Below are positions 55,661-64,000 of a stretch of 64,000 nt of DNA, in pieces. The notes below the pieces were generated by a model that saw nothing but the letters and a program-made list of their open reading frames with translations, was not told where the DNA came from and made no database searches. Location of the stretch: NCBI GenBank assembly GCA_963815115.1, contig CAWFFN010000012.1, forward strand, positions 736,001-800,000. The letters run 5' to 3'. Position 1 is the first letter of the stretch. Every line of letters starts with the position of its first letter. A program made the translations under genes and the position numbers. The stretch comes from an uncultured delta proteobacterium (GTDB lineage: Bacteria > Desulfobacterota > Binatia > DP-6).

Positions 55661-58630
55661 CTACGCGAGCGTCGCGGCGTCCGCGGCACCGGCGTCCAGG
55701 AGTGTGGCGGCTTCGCGCAGGTCCGGCGCGTCGTGGCCCTCCCTGAACCAGCCGTACACGGCGGCGAGCCCGTCCCGAGCCTCCGCGTCCCGTTCCCGAC
55801 CTCGCAGCAGGCGACTCAGGCTGACCGCGGCCCGAAGCTCGAGCGATCTGGCCTGCTGGCGGCGTGCAATGTCGACCGCGCTCCGGAAACACCGCTCCGC
55901 GTCGGGGTGGTCCGGCGGCGGGTCGCCAGTACCGTCGCGCCGCAGGAGCAGGTCGCCCTTCAGCCGGAGCAGCTCCGCCTCGAAGTAGCGCTCCCCGTGG
56001 CGCTCCAGCGCGTCGAACGCCTGCAGCAGCTCGTGGTGCGCGTCGTCCAGCCGGCCGATGCGGGTGTAGCCCTGCACCGCAAGGGCGCGATAGGCGGCCT
56101 CGTGGGTGCCGGCACCCATGCCGCAGTAGCTGCGGATGCCGCGCTGCAAGAGCTCGACGGCCTCGGAGCCCGGTGCGAGCTCGGCCAGCGCCCAACCCCG
56201 TTGCACCGAAGCGATGGCGGTCCAGTACGCGAGGCCGTATTCCCCTGCCAGCGCGAGCACGCCGCGCGCCAGCTCGTCGACGCGGCGGTGATCCTGTCGC
56301 AGCACGTGGACCCAGGCCGCGTGCGTCAACGCGAGGGCCAGCGTCGGCGGATGGGACAGGCTCTGCGCCCAGCCGAGCGCCGCCTCGGCGCACGACCGCG
56401 CTTGCTCGGGATGGCCGGCGAGCCACAGGACGCGGGCGAGGTGACCGAGGCAGCACACCTTGGGGTCGTGGCCGCTGAAGCGATGCGCATCGGGCGGCGG
56501 CTCACGATCGTAGAGCGCGATGCATTGCTCGAGATGTGCTCTCGCGGCCGCCAGATCCGTCGCCCGCAGGCGGTTGCATCCCATCGCATGGTGGCCCTCG
56601 ATCAGGAGGGCGCCATCGCCGGACTCCTCGCCGAGACGGAGCAACTGCCGCGCCAACGGGCTACCTGTCTCCAGGTCTCCCCGGATGCTGTAGAAAGCCT
56701 CGAGGCCCCCGATCACCACGAAGCGCTCCGGGCAGTCGCCGATGCGCTCGGACAGCGCGAGGGCACGCGCATAGACGGCGCCGACCTCTGGCGCCGCGAA
56801 GCCCTGCACCTGAGACAGCGCCCCGCCCAGGGCGATCTGCACCTGGAGCTCGTCGAGCGTCCGCGTCCCGGCGTCGGGTGAGCCCGGGAGCTCCCGGAGC
56901 GCGGCACGGAGATGGGCCGCGGCTTCGGTGAATGCGTTGCGCAGGACGGCCTGCTCGCCGGCATGGCGGTGATGGCGGAAGGCGCGGGCGTGATCCCCGG
57001 AACGCGCGAAGTGGCCCGCCAGGGTGACGGCGATCTCCGGCGTGCGGCGCCCGTAGGCTGCCTCGAGTCGCTCGCCGATCCGCTGGTGCAGCCGTCTCCG
57101 GACGCTCTCGGGAACGAGACCCAGCAGCACCTCGAGATGCAGAGCGTGCGTGAAGGCATACTTCCCGCTCGCCGTCCCGTCCGGCCACTCGCCGATCCCG
57201 AGGCGGCGCAGGAACTGTCCCCGCCGTGCCAGCGCGGCGCACGATGCGTCCACCGCCTCGACGTCCTCCTCGAGCGCAACCGCCACCTCTCCCGCGCTGA
57301 ACTCCATCCCCGCGACGCCGGCCGCCTCGAGGATCCGCTGGTGCTGCCTCCCCACCCGCCCGATCTGCTTCTCGATGGCTCCGCTCAGGCTTCTCGGCAT
57401 CTCACGGAGCAGGGTCTCGAGATCGGGCGTCGTCGCGCCTCCGCCGCCGTTCGTCTCCTCGCTCGCGGCCCTCAGGCTCGAGGTGACGTGCGCCACGAAG
57501 AGGGGGTTGCCACCCGTCCGCCGATGCAGGGCGTGTGCGAAGCCCTCCGGAAGTGGGCGGTCTCCCAGGCGCGCCCGCAGGTACTCCTCGGTCGCGGCCT
57601 CGGTGAGCGGCGGCAGCGGCACCTCGGCGCAGGACTCGCCGTGCTCCAGGAGACGACGGATCGCGTCCAGCGAGTGGTCGTCGATGCCGGCCTCGACTGA
57701 TCGATAGGTCCCGACCACCAGCAGGCGCGCGGGGCCGCGTTGATGAGCCAGCGCCACGAGCATGTCGAGCGTCGAGGGATCGCTCCAGTGCAGATCCTCC
57801 AGCACGACGACGATCGGCGTCCGGGTGGTGAGTGCTTCGATGCCGACGACCATCTCGCGCAGCATCCGTAGCCGCGTCACTCCGGCATGCTGCCGCTTGA
57901 GCGCCTCCCGATCGGAGGCAGAGATGAGCCCCGAGAGCTGCAGCAGCCAGGATGGCGCGTGCTCGCGCAGAAGGGATACGAGTTGATCCCCCGTCGGCCC
58001 GCGGCAGAGACGATCCAGCGCCTCCAGCACCGGCATGAAGGCTTCACCGGGCCCGTTCTGCTCGACGCACTGCCCGCGGGCGATTCCCAACACGCCCCGG
58101 GTCGCGGCACGTTCCAGGAACGCCTCGACGAGCGTGGTCTTCCCGATTCCCGGACCGCCGGTCACGAAGACGATCTGACGCTGGCCAGCCAGGGCACGCT
58201 GGAGGTGGCCGTCGAGGCGCTCGAGCTCCGGGTCGCGACCCACGATCGGGCAGCGCGGTCGCCTGCCCCCGCCGACGGGTCCCTCTCCGGCACCAACCGC
58301 CGCGATGAACCGGTACCCGCGACCATGAACGGTCTCGATGAAGCGGGGCACTCTCGCGCTGTCGCCCAGGGCCTTGCGGAGCTCGCTCATGCAGACCGCG
58401 AGGACGACCTCGCTCACCGAGACCTCAGACCACACGGCACCCAGCAGCTCGTCCTTGGTCACGAGTCGGTTCGGGCGCAACGCCAGGAAGTGCAGCAGAG
58501 CAAGCGCCCGATGGCGAAGGGGAACCACCTCGTCCCCGCGCACCAGGCGCCCCTCGGCCATGTCGAGCACGTAGGAGGCGAAGCGAATCGGCGGGGCTGG
58601 CAGCTTGGGATGCTCGGGCGGCCTGGTCAT
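55661..58630 (-). CDS. wHTH (Trans_reg_C)-AAA_16 STAND ATPase-TPR transcriptional regulator
   Basis: LVTKDELLGAVW..ELRKALGD..FIETVHGRGYRF; VGRDPEL, GGPGIGKTTL, LEDLHWSD, RTGGNPLF; C-terminal ARSLELRAA..Y.WF.EG..DL.EA. Confidence 0.92.
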   Translation of the reverse strand: MTRPPEHPKLPAPPIRFASYVLDMAEGRLVRGDEVVPLRHRALALLHFLALRPNRLVTKDELLGAVWSEVSVSEVVLAVCMSELRKALGDSARVPRFIETVHGRGYRFIAAVGAGEGPVGGGRRPRCPIVGRDPELERLDGHLQRALAGQRQIVFVTGGPGIGKTTLVEAFLERAATRGVLGIARGQCVEQNGPGEAFMPVLEALDRLCRGPTGDQLVSLLREHAPSWLLQLSGLISASDREALKRQHAGVTRLRMLREMVVGIEALTTRTPIVVVLEDLHWSDPSTLDMLVALAHQRGPARLLVVGTYRSVEAGIDDHSLDAIRRLLEHGESCAEVPLPPLTEAATEEYLRARLGDRPLPEGFAHALHRRTGGNPLFVAHVTSSLRAASEETNGGGGATTPDLETLLREMPRSLSGAIEKQIGRVGRQHQRILEAAGVAGMEFSAGEVAVALEEDVEAVDASCAALARRGQFLRRLGIGEWPDGTASGKYAFTHALHLEVLLGLVPESVRRRLHQRIGERLEAAYGRRTPEIAVTLAGHFARSGDHARAFRHHRHAGEQAVLRNAFTEAAAHLRAALRELPGSPDAGTRTLDELQVQIALGGALSQVQGFAAPEVGAVYARALALSERIGDCPERFVVIGGLEAFYSIRGDLETGSPLARQLLRLGEESGDGALLIEGHHAMGCNRLRATDLAAARAHLEQCIALYDREPPPDAHRFSGHDPKVCCLGHLARVLWLAGHPEQARSCAEAALGWAQSLSHPPTLALALTHAAWVHVLRQDHRRVDELARGVLALAGEYGLAYWTAIASVQRGWALAELAPGSEAVELLQRGIRSYCGMGAGTHEAAYRALAVQGYTRIGRLDDAHHELLQAFDALERHGERYFEAELLRLKGDLLLRRDGTGDPPPDHPDAERCFRSAVDIARRQQARSLELRAAVSLSRLLRGRERDAEARDGLAAVYGWFREGHDAPDLREAATLLDAGAADAATLA

Positions 58631-58817
58631 TCGGGTCGACTTCACGAATCTTCCCCTGGGCTGTCCCGAGGCCCAGCCACGGGGGCGGGTCTCTACGCCA
58701 AACGTGGCCGTCCGCACAAGTGCCACGATGCCGCGTCCAGATGGAGACCGAAGAATAATTGAAGGACTTGGGCCGTCCGCGCGGGATACGATCGCGGTCA
58801 GAAAGTCGCCCCTGCAT

Positions 58818-59393
58818 ATGACGAAAAAGAGCCCTTCATACGACGTCGAGACTGGGCGGGCTCCAGGCGGCGAACCCCCGGCGACTCCCCCGCGGAGCGA
58901 CGGTGGACGACCCGCTGGGACCGGGCCGAAGGTCGTCCTGCTACGCGGCCGGGGGGCACTCGGGCCGGTCGAACAGCCCCCGGGGACCTCGGATCTGCGG
59001 CTCGATCTGCAAGGCCCGATCGACAGCCTGCGCTCCATCCGGGGCGACCTGGAGCTCTACTACTGGGAGCGCCCCGGCCACGGCGAGCAGCAGGAGCGCG
59101 AGCGGTACCAGGTGAGCCTCTGGATCCGGCAGGTCAGCGAGCGAACGGCGGCGCTGGAGGGCATCCTGCTCCACATGGGTACACCGTCGGTCGTCTTGAG
59201 CGCCGTCGGCACGGCCGAGGGCGAGGCGCTTCGGAGCGAGGCCCGTCTCCTCCGCTGCTGGATCCGGGAGGAGGAGCCGTTCGAGCAGGTCCTCCACACC
59301 GTGGCCGGCGTTCTGCATGCCGCCGACGTCATCTGCCTCGGCGCGGCCGGCGGGAGAGCCGAGGCCAGAGCAGGCCGACCCCGGCTCCCGTAG
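58818..59393 (+). CDS. Hypothetical protein divergent from the STAND regulator
   Basis: Open frame with globular helical composition (LRSIRGDLELYYWERP..YQVSLWIRQVSER); start uncertain. Confidence 0.55.
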   Translation: MTKKSPSYDVETGRAPGGEPPATPPRSDGGRPAGTGPKVVLLRGRGALGPVEQPPGTSDLRLDLQGPIDSLRSIRGDLELYYWERPGHGEQQERERYQVSLWIRQVSERTAALEGILLHMGTPSVVLSAVGTAEGEALRSEARLLRCWIREEEPFEQVLHTVAGVLHAADVICLGAAGGRAEARAGRPRLP

Positions 59394-59443
59394 CACGCGT
59401 CCAGTCACGTCGACGGCAGGCTCGACGTCGACGCCGGCCCGCG

Positions 59444-60487
59444 TCATGGGATCCACGCCACGATCACCTGCGTGCCGGGTGTCGCGCTGGCGGCGCGAGG
59501 TTCGAGCGTCACCTGGATGCCGTCGGGCGAGAGGGCAAGCTCGGGGCTGTCGGCGATCAGGCGGCCACTTCCATCGGCGTCGGGCTGCACCGCGCCCAGC
59601 GAGGTCCAGCTGGTGCCGTGCCGCACCCACACCTGGTACGTCTGTCCAGCCGGCGCCGCCGGGAACCTGGAGAGAGTGATCACGGCGATCGTGGCCCCGG
59701 GGCGCCCGCGGTAGCGGGCGTGGGTGCCCTGGGCTTCCTCGGGCGTCCCGGGTGCGGGGGAGAGGCGGAGGTTCACGCTGTCGCTCGCCGTCACCATCGA
59801 GAGCGCCCGGTCATAGCGTGCCAGCGTGGCGTGCTCCGACCAGTGGCGAATTCCGAGAACGGCCAGCACCGAGAGTGCGGCCAGCGCCGCCCAGTGCGGA
59901 GCGAGCGTCCCGCGCAGCTTCTGGAGGCCCGCACGGATGCGTGTCTTGGCCGTTCCGAGCGGCAGGCCGAGCTCGGCTGCGACCTGCTCGTGCGTGAGAT
60001 CGTCGAGGAAGGCGAGGCTCAGCGCCTGCCGTTGCGCGAGCGGCAGCTCATCGACCGCCGATTGGATGATGGCGCGGCGGCGCTGCTGCGAGGCCGCCTC
60101 GGCGGGCCCGAGGTCACGCGCGGCCAGCCCTTCGAGCACGAACCCGTCGGGATCGGCGACGATCTCCGGCTGGCGGCCGCGCCGACGCAGCTCGTTCAGC
60201 AGGCGGAAGTGCGCGATCTGCAGGAGCCACGAGCGTACCGTGCCGCGCTCGGGATCGAAGCGGGCTGCGTTGCGCCAGACCACCAGGAATACCTCTTGCA
60301 CCAGGTCCTCGGCGGCCGTGCGGTCGAGCGTCTGAGCGGCGAGCGCGAAGATCGGCCGCGCGAAGCGGCGGTGGAGCAGCCCGAGCGCCTCGGCGGAGCC
60401 CTGGGCCACCTGGCGCATCAGCGCCTCATCGCGCGGGGCGTCCTCCCTCGATGGCATCCGCCGGCGTCCGTTGGTGTGAGCGTACAT
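59444..60487 (-). CDS. ECF sigma factor (SigK-like) fused to a TM helix and an RskA-like anti-sigma domain
   Basis: Sigma region AEDLVQEVFLVVWRNAARFDPERG..LPLGTAKTRIRAGLQKLR, then TM, then P.APAGQTYQVW..SLG..VTLEP..S.TP (RskA C-domain). Alternative start 60457. Confidence 0.88.
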   Translation of the reverse strand: MYAHTNGRRRMPSREDAPRDEALMRQVAQGSAEALGLLHRRFARPIFALAAQTLDRTAAEDLVQEVFLVVWRNAARFDPERGTVRSWLLQIAHFRLLNELRRRGRQPEIVADPDGFVLEGLAARDLGPAEAASQQRRRAIIQSAVDELPLAQRQALSLAFLDDLTHEQVAAELGLPLGTAKTRIRAGLQKLRGTLAPHWAALAALSVLAVLGIRHWSEHATLARYDRALSMVTASDSVNLRLSPAPGTPEEAQGTHARYRGRPGATIAVITLSRFPAAPAGQTYQVWVRHGTSWTSLGAVQPDADGSGRLIADSPELALSPDGIQVTLEPRAASATPGTQVIVAWIP

Positions 60488-60503
60488 CGCCAGCCTTCAT
60501 CCA

Positions 60504-60529
60504 TACACCGGGCCGGCCGATCTGGATTT
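60504..60529 (-). promoter_or_regulatory. Candidate autoregulatory SigK-type ECF promoter
   Basis: Minus strand AAATCC-N16-TGTA about 17 nt upstream of ATG 60487, resembling the ATCC-N16-CGTA/CGAA pattern of SigK-like ECFs. Confidence 0.45.
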
Positions 60530-60567
60530 GGTCCGGAGCCGAGCGCTCGTTCACCGGTTCTCCGCCG

Positions 60568-60660
60568 CGGCAGGGGAGGCGACGTCGAGCCGCGTCTTCG
60601 CCGGGGTGCCTTCCCCTTCGACAGGTGGCGAAGTTTCTCGACGAGCGACTCCTCCTGCCG
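60568..60660. other. 93-nt nested multi-stem intergenic structure
   Basis: Pairings CGGCAGG/CCTGCCG, GGAG/CTCC, CGTCGAG/CTCGACG, CTTCGCC/GGCGAAG, GGGG/CCCC, nested in order. Confidence 0.55.
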
Positions 60661-60678
60661 GTGCGCGGGCGCGCCGCT

Positions 60679-61824
60679 TCAGGAGCAGGACGGTAGAGCG
60701 GCCGGGAAGGTCGTATGGGCTACGTTTCCGCTCCAGCAGTTGCCCGTGCCGGTCTCGTCCCAGGCGAGGTCGACGGCGAACACGGGATTGATGAGGGGCG
60801 ACGGGTCGCTCCCGTTCCCGAGCGCGACGTTGGAGCGGATGCGGTTGAAGTCCGGATTGGGCTCGATGTCCAGCGCTGCACAGTCGGCCGTCGACAGGTT
60901 GTTGGCCACGCAGAAGTTCGCCACCGCGATCCCGAACGAGTCGTTGCCGGTCACGAGGTTGTGATCGACCAGGTTCCGGTCCGTGGCGAGGACCAGGATG
61001 CCGGTCCCCGGCGGCACCGCGCACACCTCGTCGGTCGGGTCGAGACAGGTGTTCGGCTTGTTGTTGTTCTGGCTGATGTTGTGGTCGACGCGGTTGTCGG
61101 CGTTCTGCTTCACGTCGAGGAAGATGTTGGTGAAGGTGAGGATGCCGGCCGTGTTGCCCGCAGCGGCGTTGTGGTCGAGGCGAGAGTTCGAGCAGTTCTC
61201 GAGCTCGAAGCCGCTCACGTTCCCCGTCGCCAGGTTGTGGTCGATACGGACGTCGTGTGACTGCCCGATGTAGATGCCCGTGTCGTTGGCGCCGGTGGCG
61301 ACATTCAGGCTGACGCGCCCCGCGCCGCAGTGCGAGGGGAAGATGTCGTACTCGGCGTTGTTGTTGGTGCTCGTGAGCTCGACGCTCCAGTCGTCGACGC
61401 AGAAGAGGAAGATGCCCTCGCCGCCGAACCCGTTGACGGTGAGGCCGCGCACATGCTCACCGTGGAGGCGCTGGGAGGGATCGGCAAAACACGTCGCCCC
61501 GTCCGCGCCCTGCTTCGCGATCGCGATTCCCTGGTCCTGGCCGCCGGGGTTCTCGAGCACGACGGCGCCGAAGCCCGCGAACAGGCCCACGAGCGAGATG
61601 CCGTCCTTGTCGACGACGACGGCGCACGTGTGCGCCGGATCGGTGGGGCAGGGCCGTCCGTGCTCGTGATACCTGCCGGGCGAGATCAGGACGGTGTCGC
61701 CCGGTCTCGCGGCGTCGACCGCCGCTTGGATCGAATGGCCCGGCCTCACGTTCAGGATCCGGGCGTTCGCTGGAAGCGCTCCTCCGACCAGCAGGGAAAC
61801 CATTACGACGACCGTGCGTGTCAT
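60679..61824 (-). CDS. Secreted right-handed parallel beta-helix (PbH1/NosD-like) protein
   Basis: Signal peptide; SIQAAVDAARPGDTVLISPGRY; GANDTGIYIGQS, GNVSGFELEN, N-rich PbH1 repeats. Confidence 0.88.
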   Translation of the reverse strand: MTRTVVVMVSLLVGGALPANARILNVRPGHSIQAAVDAARPGDTVLISPGRYHEHGRPCPTDPAHTCAVVVDKDGISLVGLFAGFGAVVLENPGGQDQGIAIAKQGADGATCFADPSQRLHGEHVRGLTVNGFGGEGIFLFCVDDWSVELTSTNNNAEYDIFPSHCGAGRVSLNVATGANDTGIYIGQSHDVRIDHNLATGNVSGFELENCSNSRLDHNAAAGNTAGILTFTNIFLDVKQNADNRVDHNISQNNNKPNTCLDPTDEVCAVPPGTGILVLATDRNLVDHNLVTGNDSFGIAVANFCVANNLSTADCAALDIEPNPDFNRIRSNVALGNGSDPSPLINPVFAVDLAWDETGTGNCWSGNVAHTTFPAALPSCS

Positions 61825-61916
61825 GGTGGGCCTCCTTCGCGTGCTCTCGCTCCGGGTATGCCCGCCTCGCTGCGATCGTCAAGACGAGAAGCGCTTCGGA
61901 GCGCGTGACGCGCCGC

Positions 61917-61943
61917 GCGCAGCGACGCGCCTGGTCGCTGCGC
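61917..61943 (-). terminator. 10-bp hairpin downstream of the 101-aa gene
   Basis: GCGCAGCGAC-N7-GTCGCTGCGC. Confidence 0.4.
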
Positions 61944-61970
61944 ACGCGGTCAACGGCAGATTGCGGGGCG

Positions 61971-62276
61971 TCAGTAGCAGTAGGTCTCGTTGCCGAGGCG
62001 CTTGCAGGCGTGCGGATCGTTGCTGAAGCTCTGGACGCTGATGACCAGCGTATCCCGCGACGGGAGCGGGCGGTCGAAGGTCACCGGACCGGCAAAGCCC
62101 TGCGTGCGGAGCGCGAGCCCCGCCTCACGGGCGTGCGGATCGGTCTGCGTCCCGAGCCGCATGGCGATCCCTGGCCAGCGGCAATCCAGCTGGGACCCCA
62201 CGCCCACGCAGGCGCCGAGGGCCGACCCCGATAGCAGCAGACTCCCCGCAAGGGTGAGCGCGCCGAGGTGCGACAT
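61971..62276 (-). CDS. Small secreted hypothetical protein (101 aa, 4 Cys)
   Basis: GAGGAGG RBS; signal MSHLGALTLAGSLLLSGSALG; C-terminal CKRLGNETYCY. Confidence 0.7.
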   Translation of the reverse strand: MSHLGALTLAGSLLLSGSALGACVGVGSQLDCRWPGIAMRLGTQTDPHAREAGLALRTQGFAGPVTFDRPLPSRDTLVISVQSFSNDPHACKRLGNETYCY

Positions 62277-62375
62277 GGTTCGAACCTCCTCGCCCACGAT
62301 GAAAGCCCCATGTCGGAGGTGACACAAGCCCCGGACTCGTGCCGCCGGCGCGCCGCGGCAACGATCCGCGGCGAG

Positions 62376-64000
62376 CTACTTCGACCGACTCAGCAGTCGA
62401 GCGCGAGCGCGCTCGAAGCGGTCGGCCAGCGCGCGCGCCGCGTCGTCCAGCGCGGGTCCCAGGTGCGCCCAGCTCGTGCTGGCGCGCTCGACCTCCTGCT
62501 CGACCTGCTGCCGCGACCGTGTCTCGCGATCCGCGCCGCCACCGATCGTGTTGGCGGCGAGCCGTTCCCGCAATGCGAGCGCCATTTCCTGGAGGGAGGT
62601 CTCGCGCGAGACCTCGGGACCGGCGCCGAACAGCGTCTCGAGGCGAGCGCAGAGCTTCTCGCGCCGCTTCCTCGTGACCTCCGGATCGAGCTTGGTTCCT
62701 CGCAGGCTCCCCGGCCGGAGAGCGGCGATCTGCTCGCACGCGCCATGCAGCCGGGCGCGCAGCGCCCGCGCGTCGTCGAGCGTCGCCACACCGAGACCAA
62801 GCCAGGCGCCCCAGGCCTCGTCCACCTTCTGCCCGATTTGATCGGCCGGCGGGCTGTCCTCGCCGGCGAGGGAGGTGGCCAGCGCCTCCAGCTCGTCGCA
62901 GATGGTCTGCGCGCTGCGGATCGTCTCCTCTTGTGCCAGCTCCTCGCGACGGTTTCTCCGGTCGAAGAACCGATCACACGCTGCCCGGAAGCGCTCCCAC
63001 AGCGCATCTGCCTGACCGCGCGGCGGCGTTCCGCTCCGCTTCCATTCCGCCTGGAGCTGCTTGATGGCGGTCGCCGTCTCCTCCCAGTCGGTCGAGTCGG
63101 CGAGCGCCTCGACCTGCTCGCAGAGCGACTCCTTCCGCTTCGCGCTCTCGCGGCGCCCCTCGTCCAGGCGATCGAAGTGCTCCTTGCGGCGCGTGAAGAA
63201 GCGGTCGCAGGGCTCGCGGAATTCCTGCCAGAGGGCCGCCCGTGTATCTGCCCGCTACCGGGCCGATCTCCTTCCACGCCGCCTGGAGTCGCCTGATCTC
63301 GGCCGCCGTCTCGTTCCACTCCGTGGAATCGGCCAGTCCGGCGACCTCCGCGCAGAGCGCCCGCTTCTTCTGGAGGTTGCTCAGGAGGTGGGCGTCGCAG
63401 CGCCGGCGAAGCTCGTTGCGTGCGGTGCGGAAGCGCTCCCAGAGCGCTTGCGAGCGGTCTGCGCTCGTCGTGGCTACCTGCGCCCACTCGTCCTGGAGCC
63501 GGCCGAGCTGCCGCATTCCCTCGGCGAGGTCGTTCGACTCGAGGAGCGCCTCGACGCGAGCGATGAGCTCTTCCTGGGCGCTGGCGTTCGCCCAGCGCCG
63601 CCACTCCTCGGTTTGCTCCACCTGCGAGATCCGCCCCAGGAGCCGGTCGCGCGCTTCGCGGAGCCGCTCGGTCCAGGTCGCGCGCCTCTCCGAGGGAGGC
63701 AGCGGGCCGAGCTCGCCGAGGGCGGCGTCGGCCGCCTGTACCTCGCGTCGCCCCGCGCTCGGCTTGAGCGCCGGCGACTGCGCCATCTCCTCGAGTCGGC
63801 CGTACAGCGCCTGCAGGCGATGCAGGTTCGCCTGCTCGATCTTCGATCGCTGCTGATCGGCCTCCTGCCGTCGCTCCCGGAAACGCTCCTCCGCAGCCGC
63901 GAAGCGGCGCTCGATGGACTCGATCTCCGGACCGGTCTCGTCGCCGCGCGGCCGCGCATTCCAGCGGGTGGCGAGCGCCTTCCAGGCCTGCGCCGATGGC
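62376..64000 (-). CDS. DUF349 repeat protein (5' truncated by window edge; one frameshift at 63239-63241)
   Basis: EEWRRWAN, LWERFRTA, NLQKKRALC, LQAAWKEIGPV; after removing one G from a G3 run the frame continues ALWQEFREPCDRFF..KESLCEQVEAL..LQAEWK to the stop at 62376. Confidence 0.85.

Noticed and set aside
63239-63241. Possible programmed frameshift in the DUF349 gene
   Set aside because: No slippery heptamer; a single extra base in a homopolymer matches the error pattern seen elsewhere in the window.

Overview
A very GC-rich (about 70%+) bacterial chromosomal segment. The many secreted Cys-rich, Thr-linker proteins, the F420-dependent LLM enzyme and the GacA-like GGDEF suggest a deltaproteobacteria-like lineage such as Candidatus Binatia; this is inference, not a database result. 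Contents from left to right: the end of a recC-recB-recD operon; two divergent secreted Cys-rich proteins; a split Tad/Flp pilus locus (leftward exeA-exeB-orf-cpaB-cpaC; rightward flp x3-cpaA-tadE-tadG-cpaE-cpaF-tadB-tadC-DUF192/ICMT); a GT-C-like membrane protein; a minus-strand run encoding an F420 LLM oxidoreductase, a sugar porter, a PAS-GGDEF with the Hypr (cGAMP synthase) Asp-to-Ser signature, an ACP-like/NIT fusion and a coiled-coil/RelE-like protein; lipid and accessory genes; an ECF sigma/anti-sigma pair sharing back-to-back promoters with a UbiB/ABC1 kinase-cytochrome P450 fusion (best novelty candidate); amt; a giant protein with about 29 disintegrin-like repeats; xth; a phytase-like protein; a wHTH-STAND-TPR regulator; a SigK-RskA-like fusion; a beta-helix protein; and a partial DUF349 gene. 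No rRNA, tRNA, CRISPR array or transposase was recognised. Several single-base frameshifts look like long-read sequencing errors, so fusions and frameshifts need read-level checks.
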